From: Longimicrobiales bacterium | Lineage (GTDB): Bacteria > Gemmatimonadota > Gemmatimonadetes > Longimicrobiales > Gaopeijiaceae | DNA: 64,000 bases | Direction: 5' to 3' | Assembly: GCA_965215535.1 (NCBI GenBank) | Contig: OZ244063.1 | Span: 2,440,649-2,504,648, forward strand | Notes under the pieces: model-generated | The model's database searches: none | The model's input: the letters and a program-made list of their open reading frames with translations, nothing else | Told to the model about the DNA's origin: nothing | Translations under genes and position numbers: made by a program | Part shown: positions 25,882 to 34,994 of the stretch, one piece after another | Position numbering within the stretch: position 1 is the stretch's first letter | How the letters are laid out: each line of letters opens with the position of its first letter

Positions 25882-27072
25882 ATGCAGAAGGACGCAATCA
25901 TGAAATCCCGTCCCCCGCCCACACTGCCTCCACTACGGGGAATCGCCGGCTTCGCGATCGATCAGGTGGCGCGCCGGACCCGCGACGATCCCCGGGTTTT
26001 GCGTCTGGAGAACCTCGACACCGACCTGTCCCCGCCCCATTCGGCCATCCGGGCGACCCGTTCCGCCATTGGCACCGACGACGCCAACAGCTATCTGCCC
26101 TTCCTGGGAAGCGGCGCGCTGCGACGGGCGGTCGCCGATCATGTCGGGCAGATGAGCGGCCAGACGATCGATCCGGATCGGCAGACAATCATTACCGCAG
26201 GGGGCACCGAGGGGCTCTTCAACGCACTCCTGGCGCTGATCGAACCGGGCGACGAGGTCGTCGTCACCGACCCCACCTACGCCGGCATGATCTACCGCAC
26301 ACGGCTGGCGGGGGGCCGGGTACGATTCGTTCGGTTTGTGGTGCAGGGTGGTGAATGGGTCCTCGATCTCGATCATCTGCACGCTGTCGTGAACGACCGT
26401 ACGCGCCTTCTCTTTCTGATGAATCCGTCGATCCCGACCGGCGCCCTCCTGACCCTCGACGACTGGCGCGAGATCGCCCGCATCTGCGCAGAGCGCGGTC
26501 TCTGGCTGCTCTACAACGCGGCCATGGAGCGCATTGTCTTCGACGGCCGCCCCGTGATCCATCCGGCCACTGTCGCGGGGCTCGAGGACCGGACCATCAC
26601 GGTGGGCTCGGTCTCGAAGGAGTTCCGCATGATCGGCTGGCGGGTGGGCTGGGGCGTCGGCCCGGCCTCTGCAATGAACCGCATCGGCCTGGTCAGCATC
26701 TACAACGTCGTCACCCCCGTGGGAATGGCTCAACCGGGCGCCTGGGCCGCCCTGACCGACCCCGCCGGCGCGGGTGTGAAGGAGGCCGTGGCCCGCTGGG
26801 AGAGCCGCCGCAATGCCGTGCTGGCCGAACTCGCCGATGCCGGAGCCGTGAGGCCGGGGGGCGGGTGGTCGCTCCTGGTCGATGTAAGCAGGAACGGCCT
26901 GGATGGGGCCGAGGCGTCGGCGCGCCTGCTCGAGCGCGGCCGCATTGCAGTCACCCCAATGACCAACTGGGGCCGGGACAATGCACGGCAGTATGTGCGA
27001 ATCGTGTTCAGCAACGAGAGCGTGGCGCGGTTGCAGGGGCTGGGGAGGCGATGGGGTGAGGGGGTGGGGTGA
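25882..27072 (+). CDS. Class I/II PLP aminotransferase
   Basis: LENLDTDLSPP, NSYLPFLG and the SVSKEFRMIGWRVGW Lys motif are present. Confidence 0.85.
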   Translation: MQKDAIMKSRPPPTLPPLRGIAGFAIDQVARRTRDDPRVLRLENLDTDLSPPHSAIRATRSAIGTDDANSYLPFLGSGALRRAVADHVGQMSGQTIDPDRQTIITAGGTEGLFNALLALIEPGDEVVVTDPTYAGMIYRTRLAGGRVRFVRFVVQGGEWVLDLDHLHAVVNDRTRLLFLMNPSIPTGALLTLDDWREIARICAERGLWLLYNAAMERIVFDGRPVIHPATVAGLEDRTITVGSVSKEFRMIGWRVGWGVGPASAMNRIGLVSIYNVVTPVGMAQPGAWAALTDPAGAGVKEAVARWESRRNAVLAELADAGAVRPGGGWSLLVDVSRNGLDGAEASARLLERGRIAVTPMTNWGRDNARQYVRIVFSNESVARLQGLGRRWGEGVG

Positions 27073-27081
27073 GTGTGTATA

Positions 27082-27098
27082 TTGGCGACCTTCGCCAA
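27082..27098 (+). terminator. Weak hairpin 10 nt after the aminotransferase stop
   Basis: TTGGCGA-cct-TCGCCAA forms a 7-bp stem with a 3-nt loop. No U-tract follows. Confidence 0.2.
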
Positions 27099-27342
27099 AT
27101 GCCGATGCCAATGCCCCAAATGGAGGCGTACAGCCTTGTGACTTGGCCCAATTTCGAGCCAAACCGGACACTTCCAGCGCCCGATATATTGATTGATCAG
27201 ATGAACGTGAGCGTCATGGCCGAATCAGGACTCGCCGATTCCAGTTGCGAGTGGAGCTTCACGGCCCGGATTGCCAACCTGCGCGGCATGTGTTGCTCAA
27301 CAGTGATCGGATACGCAATTGGGTGATCCCTTTTCTACGCCG

Positions 27343-28434
27343 ATGTCACGGATTCCACTCCGGATCAGCATGGTGCTCTCTCTCTGCACCGTCTCCAACG
27401 GGTGTAGCGTCTCGCCCCTCGAAGTTCCGTCGCCGTCTTTTGCCGAAGTCTTCGATCTGGTTGAGGTCGTGACCCTCGAAGAGGCACCGGGCGACTCGGT
27501 TGCCGAGGTGGGGATCCTGGTTGAGGCGGAGCCCCGGGGATTCATGATTGCGGATGGTCTCTTGCCCCGGGTCCGCCGTTATGCGGAGGACGGATCGCTG
27601 CTGGCCGCGTTCGGGCGATTTGGCCGCGGCCCGTGGGAGCTTGAACGGGTCATCGGGTTGATGCAGACGCCTGTGGGCAGAGTTCTGGTGACCGATGGGT
27701 CGCAACTCCGGGTTACGGTCCTGAACGAAGATCTGACCCCGGATACGCTTGTCTCGGTGCCACATGTCATACGGGCAATGCGCGCCATGAACGATGGGAG
27801 CATCATCTTTACCGGCATTCCCGACAACGTTGCAATCACCAGCTTTGAGCAGCTCGCCGCGAGGCCGAGGATTCACCGACTTGCCGACGGCGCGGTTCTG
27901 TGGAGCCGTTGGACATCGCCGGAATTCGCGAAGCCGTACGTAATGAATCTGTCGGGCCTGCCGTGGACGGCGACAGGCGACAGCGTCTTCGTCATGGCCG
28001 GGGTCGCCTATCCCGCAACGATCCTCGACGTCAATGGCGACTCCGTGGGGACAATCGGCACTCCCTCGCCCCGCTTCCGGCCCATTCCGGATATTCCCGA
28101 GGGCTACTTCGCCACCCAACAGTCCGGCCCCAGGGTGGCGGATCTGCTGCGCAGCTTCGACACGGTGGACCGGCTCGACGTGATCCACAGCGACCATCTC
28201 GTCTTCACAATCGGTCGCCTCGACCATCTGCGCCCCTACCCTCCCTTCAAGAGGCTCCATACCCGCCTGGAGATCTACAATCGGCACACAGGCGAGAAGC
28301 TCTACGAAGACGTGCCGCTCCCGGCGGGCGCGAAGGTGCTTGGCGGTGGGCGCTATCTGTACCTGCTGCTGAATCCCGACATTCCCCCCTGGCGGATCGC
28401 CAAATACCGGCTTGCGACGGCAGCACAGGAGTAG
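27343..28434 (+). CDS. Beta-propeller lipoprotein, paralog 3
   Basis: MSRIPLRISMVLSLCTVSNGCS contains a lipobox. The blade motif FGRFGRGPWEL is present and the layout matches the other paralogs. The 5' flank has visibly lower G+C. Confidence 0.6.
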   Translation: MSRIPLRISMVLSLCTVSNGCSVSPLEVPSPSFAEVFDLVEVVTLEEAPGDSVAEVGILVEAEPRGFMIADGLLPRVRRYAEDGSLLAAFGRFGRGPWELERVIGLMQTPVGRVLVTDGSQLRVTVLNEDLTPDTLVSVPHVIRAMRAMNDGSIIFTGIPDNVAITSFEQLAARPRIHRLADGAVLWSRWTSPEFAKPYVMNLSGLPWTATGDSVFVMAGVAYPATILDVNGDSVGTIGTPSPRFRPIPDIPEGYFATQQSGPRVADLLRSFDTVDRLDVIHSDHLVFTIGRLDHLRPYPPFKRLHTRLEIYNRHTGEKLYEDVPLPAGAKVLGGGRYLYLLLNPDIPPWRIAKYRLATAAQE

Positions 28435-28526
28435 GATCGCACTTGCCCTTTCAGATGCCGGACCCCGATTGGGACAGGTGCTTCTCTCAACCCCTGGCCT
28501 TCACGGAAGTGGGTTGGCCGCGGGCC

Positions 28527-29609
28527 TCACCCCATCTCCCCCATCCACGCCTGAATCGCCCGCAGGTAGTAGTTCGGGTTGAACATCACCCAGCTCCCCA
28601 GCTCGGCCGGCACCTCGTAGCGCTCGGCCACCTCGTCGGCGCTCATTCCCCGCTGCCACCCCTCGCGGGCCGCCTCCTCAACCGAAGCGAGCAGCGCCAC
28701 ATAGCGCGACATCGCATCGGCCCCGGCCAGCGGACCATGTCCCGGCACGAAGGTTGTCGCTCCCGACCCTGACAACTGCCCCACTTCGCGCATCAGTTGC
28801 GAGGGCGTTGCGTCCATGAAGTTCGGAAACATTGCATTCCACACCAGATCGCCGCAAAACACCGTGTGCGGATCGTCGCTGCCCGCTCCACCGCCCGCCT
28901 GCCCGCTTCCGCCCCGCACCTCTAACGTCAGATCGCTGGCCGTGTGACCCCGGCGCGGTACAATCGACACCAGGCGATCCCCCAGATCGATCGTGGTGGG
29001 GCCATCTTCGGACACAAGCACAACGTCGGCCCAGGGTACCCTGGCGGCTGCATCGGCCCGCCCGTTCTGCACAAGGTCCTTTGTGATTGCGGTTGCCCAC
29101 AGACTTGGCGTCGCTTCGCTCTCCTCGGCAAAGCCCGCCGCTCCCGCCGAGTGATCGCCGTGGTAGTGGCTCACAATCAGGTGCGTCGGCCAGCGTCCGG
29201 TCAGCGCGCGCGCCTGCTCCGCCGCCCATTTGCCTCCCTCGGGCGTCGCAAAGCTCTCCACCACGATCGTGCCCGCCGGCCCTCCGATGATTCCGCCATT
29301 GCACACCGTGGTGTAGTCGCCCTCTAGGGGGGTCGAGATAATGGCAAAGAGGTCGTCGCCCAGATCCTCGATGCGCGCAAAGGGCGTTTGGGCCACAATT
29401 TGCTGCCTCCGCGCGGTCGCCCCCGCCCGGCCCGCGTCCCTTTCATTCCCACTCCACGCGCGCAGCGCCGCAGGCGACAGAAAGGCTGCGGCTCCGGAGA
29501 TCCACGCCGTGCATCCGGTCGCTGCCGAGGTTGCCACAAAGTCGCGCCGGCTCACATCCTCCGGGCAGCAGGCACCCCCGGGCGTTGTCCTGAGGGTCGG
29601 CTTCTTCAT
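28527..29609 (-). CDS. MBL-fold metallo-hydrolase with twin-arginine (Tat) signal
   Basis: The Tat motif is SRRDFVATSAATG and the metal-binding motif is HYHGDHSAG (HxHxDH). Its ATG overlaps the stop of the upstream membrane-protein gene (ATGA, 29606-29609). Confidence 0.8.
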   Translation of the reverse strand: MKKPTLRTTPGGACCPEDVSRRDFVATSAATGCTAWISGAAAFLSPAALRAWSGNERDAGRAGATARRQQIVAQTPFARIEDLGDDLFAIISTPLEGDYTTVCNGGIIGGPAGTIVVESFATPEGGKWAAEQARALTGRWPTHLIVSHYHGDHSAGAAGFAEESEATPSLWATAITKDLVQNGRADAAARVPWADVVLVSEDGPTTIDLGDRLVSIVPRRGHTASDLTLEVRGGSGQAGGGAGSDDPHTVFCGDLVWNAMFPNFMDATPSQLMREVGQLSGSGATTFVPGHGPLAGADAMSRYVALLASVEEAAREGWQRGMSADEVAERYEVPAELGSWVMFNPNYYLRAIQAWMGEMG

Positions 29610-30913
29610 CGGGAATCGCTCCAGTGCAGATAAAGGTTCGACATCAGACGGCCGGCGAGGAATGCGACAAAGGCGGCGGTTGCGCCCACCCATCCCAATC
29701 CCCACGCCAGGACCGGAAAGACCGCCACAATGCCCGCCAGCCCGAGTGTGGTGGCGATGGTGATTGCGCCGGTTCGCTTGCGAAGAACCATAAGCGCACT
29801 TTGCTGCGAAAGCCAGAAGGAGAGCGCGGGCAGGGGAATCAGAACCAGCGCGGGAATGGCGGCGTAGCGGGCAAGCTCGGGGGTCAGGCCCGATATGGTT
29901 TCGAACCAGACCCCGAAGAGGGGCGTCAGCACAATCAGCGCATAACCGGCCGATGTGGCGAACCCCGCCCCGAGCGCAAAGCGACCGACGGCGCGCCGGT
30001 TCTCGAAATCCTTCCCCATCAGGGCAATGGCGGCCTCCTGGTAGCTCAGACCGGTGGAACGAAAGAGAAAGGAGAGCGCGTGGACAACCGGAAGCACGGC
30101 CAGCGACTCCAGCGGATCGCGCGCGCGCCCAACCAGAAGCGTCAGCAGGGGATGCGTGGCCAGCGCCACCAGCGAGGTCAGCGCCAGAGGATAGTAGAAG
30201 GTCCAGATTCCCCGGTAGGATGTCGGTGCCGCTCCGCTTTGCGACGACGATGTGGCCAGCATCCGGCGAATCGAGCCGGACGCCATGATCCGCGTCACAA
30301 GCGCTTCGACACAGACCCCGATTGTCAGTGCCGCCGCGCCCACCCAGGTTCCCGGAAGATCAAGGAGGGCGGGCAGGCCAAAGGCGGTGGCGGTCATCGC
30401 TCCCAGCCGAAACATTGTGCCGACCGCAACCTGGCGGGTCCGGCCATCGACAATCATGACCCCATGAATAAAGCGTCGGTAGCCAATTGCGGCGGGCCAT
30501 GGCAGATAGATCCAGAGTGCCCCGCGAACCAGCTCGGCCACATCGTCGGGCAGCGCCAGCAGCCCCGGAATCAGCAGGTCGAAGAGGGGGGGCACCAGAA
30601 GTGCGCAAAGCAGCAGAGTGGCCAGCAGATTCAGGCCATGCGCAAAGCGGCGCAGACGTACAAAGCTCTCGCGGTCGCGCACAAGCGCAGTGGCAGCCGT
30701 CATCAGCATAATGATCGGTCCCTCGACCAGAATCGCAATCGCAAAGACGACGCCATGCGCAGCCAGATTGATCTTGGCATCGGCAAGGCGCGCAATTGTA
30801 GCCGCAATCAGCGGACCCTCAACCGCCATCATCAGCCATGTCGCAGCCAGCGGCGACCAGAAGCGCGCAATCCCGCGCGCAGAGAGCGGAGCAGACGTTG
30901 TCAAGGGAAGCAA
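29606..30913 (-). CDS. Polytopic membrane protein, MATE/MOP-superfamily-like
   Basis: The protein is 435 aa with about 12 hydrophobic segments and an internal two-fold repeat appearance. The family assignment is tentative. Confidence 0.45.
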   Translation of the reverse strand: MLPLTTSAPLSARGIARFWSPLAATWLMMAVEGPLIAATIARLADAKINLAAHGVVFAIAILVEGPIIMLMTAATALVRDRESFVRLRRFAHGLNLLATLLLCALLVPPLFDLLIPGLLALPDDVAELVRGALWIYLPWPAAIGYRRFIHGVMIVDGRTRQVAVGTMFRLGAMTATAFGLPALLDLPGTWVGAAALTIGVCVEALVTRIMASGSIRRMLATSSSQSGAAPTSYRGIWTFYYPLALTSLVALATHPLLTLLVGRARDPLESLAVLPVVHALSFLFRSTGLSYQEAAIALMGKDFENRRAVGRFALGAGFATSAGYALIVLTPLFGVWFETISGLTPELARYAAIPALVLIPLPALSFWLSQQSALMVLRKRTGAITIATTLGLAGIVAVFPVLAWGLGWVGATAAFVAFLAGRLMSNLYLHWSDSR

Positions 30914-31281
30914 AAGCCCGCAGAGGGGGAACGAACGGGGGGAGGACAGGAGGACCGGTGAAACAAATTAGCACAATGCAGAAGAGGGGGGATGCGCGCG
31001 CCCCCGATCGTAATCGGCTCCCCGATCGGGCCGGCCCGCTCAGGGGCCGGAGGGGGCGTCCCGATGCCCATGAAGCGAGCCGGGCGCATACCGCAAGCGG
31101 TAGCGCGCCAGTGACTTGCGGGTCTGTCTGCTCTGGATGAACGAAGCGTGCCCGGGGCCGATCTGATGGCAATCGTGTCCGGGCGTCAACATAGTCATCA
31201 ATTACAAAGATGATCCCGGGAACCCCGCCGGATCGTCTCCCCGGTTGATCGCGCGCACGCACGGGGTGCATCTTTCCCGCC

Positions 31282-32208
31282 ATGGCCTCCTCCCTCTACC
31301 CCGATCGCCCCTGGGGTGCGTTCCCCGCCACCGGCCCGGCACGATTCTGGCTCGCTATCGCGCGGTCTCTTCCGGGGGGCTGGCCCTGGAACCGCTTTGC
31401 GCTCCTGGCCCGGCGCTTCGCGCGGCGGCGCCTCGACGGCCCGGTCGATGTGCGCCTCTGGGGTCTTGCGCTTCGTCTCTTCCCGCACCGTTCGGTCTCC
31501 GAGTCGCGCATTCTCTTTCTGCCGCGCTCCTGGGACCGGGCCGAGAGACGCTGGCTCGGTCGCTCCCTTCACCCCGCCTTCACCTTTGTCGATGTGGGCG
31601 CAAATGTCGGCGCCTATTCCTTCTGGGTTCTCGCCCAGAGCGGTCCCGCCAGTCGTATTGTGGCGGTCGAGCCCAACCCCGATCTCGCGTGCCAGTTGCA
31701 CTTCAATATTGCCGCCAATGCCGCCCACACCCGCATGACCGTTGTGGAAGCCGCCGTGAGCGAGCGCAGCGGAAGTGGCCGCCTCACCATCAGCGAGCCG
31801 AACTCGGGCGAAAATCGCCTTCTTCGCCCGGATGCCGACCCGGATGCCGGCATCGCCGTTGCGGTTCTCTCTCTTGCCGAGGTGGTCGCCGCCGCCGGTC
31901 TGGAGCGCATCGACTGCCTCAAGGTCGATGTCGAGGGGCACGAAGCGCAGGTTCTGCGTCCCTTCCTGACCACCGCCCCGGCTTCGCTCTGGCCGCGCCT
32001 CCTTGTGGTGGAGATGAAGCCATCGGAATCCGATCCCCCCGGCTTTCCCGGAGCGCTGGCGCTCTGGCTCACGCGCCGCGGTTACCGCCTGGAGCTGCGC
32101 ACAAAGCTGAATGGACTCTTCCGCCTGGATTCGCCCCGGCCCGCCCTGTCCCGGGCCTCCGGTCTCGATGGACAGACGGGCTCTGGCCGCGCCGAGGCGG
32201 ACGGCTGA
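31282..32208 (+). CDS. FkbM-family SAM-dependent methyltransferase
   Basis: The FVDVGANVGAYSFWV glycine-rich SAM loop, VAVEPNPDL and LKVDVEGHE motifs are present. Confidence 0.75.
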   Translation: MASSLYPDRPWGAFPATGPARFWLAIARSLPGGWPWNRFALLARRFARRRLDGPVDVRLWGLALRLFPHRSVSESRILFLPRSWDRAERRWLGRSLHPAFTFVDVGANVGAYSFWVLAQSGPASRIVAVEPNPDLACQLHFNIAANAAHTRMTVVEAAVSERSGSGRLTISEPNSGENRLLRPDADPDAGIAVAVLSLAEVVAAAGLERIDCLKVDVEGHEAQVLRPFLTTAPASLWPRLLVVEMKPSESDPPGFPGALALWLTRRGYRLELRTKLNGLFRLDSPRPALSRASGLDGQTGSGRAEADG

Positions 32209-32217
32209 CGGCCAGCA

Positions 32218-32349
32218 TCAGGGCAGGAGATCGCGTATGTAGAACACCTCAATCCGGCGGCTGTGAACCCGTCCGCTCCGCCGCGCGACGACATCCAGGG
32301 CGTCTCTCCTCTCGGTCGCGGAGAGACGCTGGAAGTTGGTTTCAGCCAT
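32218..32349 (-). pseudogene. N-terminal 43-codon remnant of an AbiEii-type nucleotidyltransferase toxin
   Basis: MAETNFQRLSATERRDALDVVARRSGRVHSRRIEVFYIRDLLP* resembles the 'LSxxERRDALxxAAxxSGRP...EKDxWV' N-terminus I recall for AbiEii/AbiGii toxins. It stops after 43 codons. Confidence 0.4.
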
Positions 32350-32380
32350 GCGCGAGTCGCCTGCCCAGCGGTTCCGCTAT

Positions 32381-32887
32381 TCACGCAGGCATTGCGGCCT
32401 GAGCGGCGACGAGGTCGCTCAAATCTTCACCGGTGAGCTGTGGAATCACGGCATCAAGGCTCTTCTCAACCTCGTTGGGACCGAGCCACGCCAGCGCCCG
32501 GATGACGACGCCGGCGGTCTGATGCGGTGCCGACGGAGCGCCAAGAGTCCGAATCACGGCAGGAAATCATCTAACTTATTACAGGGCTGCACGATCTGCG
32601 TTTCCTGCCATTGGACTGAATCGTCCTGGATCGTACCGAGATAGCGGTAAAAACGGATCTGAATGGCGGGAGTTCTTGTAGGTCATTCCGGCCTCTGCCG
32701 ACCGACGAAGCAGCGCCTGCATCCAAGTCTCCGGTGGCATGTTGTGAGTGTGAAGAGCTTCCGCCGCAGAAGCGCGGTGGATGAGACAGGGAGGCGAGTG
32801 GGCGGACGGAAAGCATGCGGGTTCGATGGGTGAGGGGGTGGGGGATTTGGGGCGCTGATAGCTCGTCACGAGGTCGCGACGGTCCAT
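32381..32887 (-). pseudogene. Frameshifted remnant of an AbiEi/DUF6088-type antitoxin
   Basis: The C-terminal piece (32381-32557) reads VIRTLGAPSAPHQTAGVVIRALAWLGPNEVEKSLDAVIPQLTGEDLSDLVAAQAAMPA. An upstream piece in another frame reads ...YQRPK...NMPPETWMQALLRRSAEAG.... The remnant lies directly upstream of the toxin remnant. Confidence 0.35.
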
Positions 32888-32904
32888 TTTGCCTCAGGGC
32901 AACC

Positions 32905-33474
32905 TCATTCGTCTGCACCTGACCCAACAGGCCCTGATGTCGCCACACTATCACGAAGGCGTGTAGTGGATCGGCTGTTGCTATAGATATCCGCTAGCTT
33001 TTCTAGCGCTATCATCTGCCTAACATCGGCGGAGTGTCGCGACATCAGCAGTTCTTTCATCGACTCCGTTTCTATCAGCGAGGTGGCCTTGGCTTGTCGT
33101 ATGCCTCCACGTCGCTTTCGCCATCTAGCAGTGATCGCCGTAACCGGCATTCTCGGGGTGTCTCCCACACCCCACCAGCAGACATGGCGACGCTGACCCG
33201 GAGGAAGGTATGGCACATCTACCAGCTCCACTTTTGCTCCCTTTATCGGGTCGAGAGCCCGGATAGGTCGGTCAGATTCGAAACGGATATCGAACGCGGG
33301 TCATTCCCCCACATTCTCGATGAAGAGATGAGGCACCTTGTCGTCCAGTTCTACGTATGCAATAACGTCTGGCCTGCTTGCCGTCCGAACCAGCGTGACA
33401 ACAAGCGCAATGGTGCTTATGACGATTGGGATGCCCCACTGAATCCACTCAACCAACTCGCTGGTCTCGTTCAT
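32905..33474 (-). pseudogene. Single-TM small protein ORF interrupted by an in-frame TGA at 33301-33303
   Basis: The ATG at 33474 follows AGAAGGAAG. MNETSELVEWIQWGIPIVISTIALVVTLV contains the TM segment. The reading is ...HLFIENVGE[TGA]PAFDIRFESD...; the two track ORFs (33301..33672 and 32905..33231) are in the same frame. Confidence 0.45.
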
Positions 33475-33729
33475 GTTGTCTTTCTTCCTTCTGGCAAAAT
33501 GTGTCACAAATGATGAAGCCGGTATGAGCGGATATCGAAGGAGCTTTCCTCGATGTCCTGACCAGGCAGGATGACGGGCTTGCTTACTAGCGCGTGAGCC
33601 AAGTACAAGATCGTCATGCGCCGAATCGTTGCCCATGCCCGTGTCCGTGCCCGCCGCTGCACAATCCGTCATTTCTGACGTTGGCGGCTTGTCTGAATTG
33701 AATACGCTGAAAACACAGGGGAACCCGTG

Positions 33730-34983
33730 TTATTTGGCGGAAGTATCATCGAGCTCGTTCGCCGGGCTGCGCATGGTTTGACGGCTGCCGTCCTCTCGTA
33801 GGATCTCGATGCGATTACCCAACATGAAATTGACGGTTTGAGGAGTACCATGCACCGCCACTACGACTGTCAATGGCCAGTCGACGAGCTTTTCCCCTAG
33901 TGAGTTCTGGCGTCGTTCGATGCGTGCATGTACCGTCCAGCCAAGCGCGTGGAGCTCTTCCAGGGTCTGCGTGAGCGCATTCGCAACCTTTGCTCTCTGA
34001 AGTGGACCGATCTCACCCCAGATTTCCGACCACTCGAACATTTCCTGTTGGAATCCACCAACGAGGTCCACAGCCTCCCCGCGCAGTGCATCGTTGAAGA
34101 AGAAGAAACCGTAAGTGCCTAGCAGTGTCGTTAGCTCTTCGCCCGTCGTGACGCGAGGAACACGGGTTCTGTGGGCGTACTCTGTTAGCTCCTGTTCGCG
34201 GTTGACCGCAGTCCGAAGACGATCTGGAGCGATGACCTTCAACAGCCCTGCCGCGACAAGCTCAACGCCATCTTGCCACTTCAGAGCGACACGATCCGCG
34301 AGCCGCGGCGAGTGGCGGCGAACACCTTCGGCGTCAATGTCATGCCAAACGGGCAGGATGAGGTCTTGCCCGTCTAATTCACGCTGGGCTAGCCCGTCAA
34401 GCTCTGACTCCGGGTAGTCTTTTTCGAAAAAACTCTCGGAGAGTATGACCACGCCGAATCTGCACCGAGCCAAGCCCTCATCAATCCTTCTACGGAGGCG
34501 ATCCCCGACCCGCAACTCTATTTCGTCGTACCAGACTCGAAGTCCAAAAGCGCAAAGGATCGTAGCCAACGGTCGAGCGACTGATTCACGATCTTCAGAC
34601 GCGTACGATACGAAGACATCCCATTCCTGTCGCTTCGTGTTGGCGAATTGGAGCAGATGCTTTTTCGCCATTTTCCAAGTCAGCAACCGCCCGTCCGCAT
34701 GACTGGATTCCTTGGCCCGCTCACGCCAGTTCTCGGGAGCCGTGCGGAGCGCTTCGGCGATCCGATGACCCTCAGGTGTGAGACGGATCGCCTTCCAGTC
34801 GTCTCCGGTTTGATCCGTACCCCAGTTCTTGGCTTCCACCAGTCCGTCTCTGCGCAGGAAGTCAACGTAGTAGCTTCGGAGTTGATCATCTTCGATGCCC
34901 AGGTCGATACCACGCCAATCGGGAAGGGCATCCTCAAGTGTGAATAGGATCTGCTGGATCAGCTCAATCTTGAGTGCTGGCAT
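33730..34983 (-). CDS. TIR-domain protein with N-terminal DUF2513-like winged-helix region and an unassigned C-terminal domain
   Basis: The TIR core spans about residues 121-250 (WDVFVSYASEDRE, RFGVVILSESFFEKDYPESELDG, LILPVWHDID). The N-terminus IELIQQILFTLED...YYVDFLRRDGLVEA...IRLTPEGHRIAEAL resembles DUF2513. The ATG lies 11 nt after the res stop. Confidence 0.8.
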   Translation of the reverse strand: MPALKIELIQQILFTLEDALPDWRGIDLGIEDDQLRSYYVDFLRRDGLVEAKNWGTDQTGDDWKAIRLTPEGHRIAEALRTAPENWRERAKESSHADGRLLTWKMAKKHLLQFANTKRQEWDVFVSYASEDRESVARPLATILCAFGLRVWYDEIELRVGDRLRRRIDEGLARCRFGVVILSESFFEKDYPESELDGLAQRELDGQDLILPVWHDIDAEGVRRHSPRLADRVALKWQDGVELVAAGLLKVIAPDRLRTAVNREQELTEYAHRTRVPRVTTGEELTTLLGTYGFFFFNDALRGEAVDLVGGFQQEMFEWSEIWGEIGPLQRAKVANALTQTLEELHALGWTVHARIERRQNSLGEKLVDWPLTVVVAVHGTPQTVNFMLGNRIEILREDGSRQTMRSPANELDDTSAK

Positions 34984-34994
34984 AGTGGTTGCTT

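Noticed and set aside
27069-27326. An 85-aa ORF in the lower-GC spacer upstream of propeller paralog 3.
   Set aside because: It has no RBS, no recognisable motif and odd composition. I left it unannotated, and the low-GC patch itself may be a remnant of foreign DNA.
30914-31281. The 368-bp divergent spacer between the MATE-like and FkbM genes, scanned for small genes or structured elements.
   Set aside because: It contains only short GC-rich self-complementary stretches. There is no ORF with an RBS and no convincing repeat.
15772-33303. Genome-wide TGA reassignment as the explanation for the two in-frame TGAs (15772 and 33301).
   Set aside because: Many well-supported genes here terminate at TGA, several with ATGA/GTGA start-stop overlaps. 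The two cases are better explained locally, as a candidate Sec site and a nonsense mutation in a decaying island.
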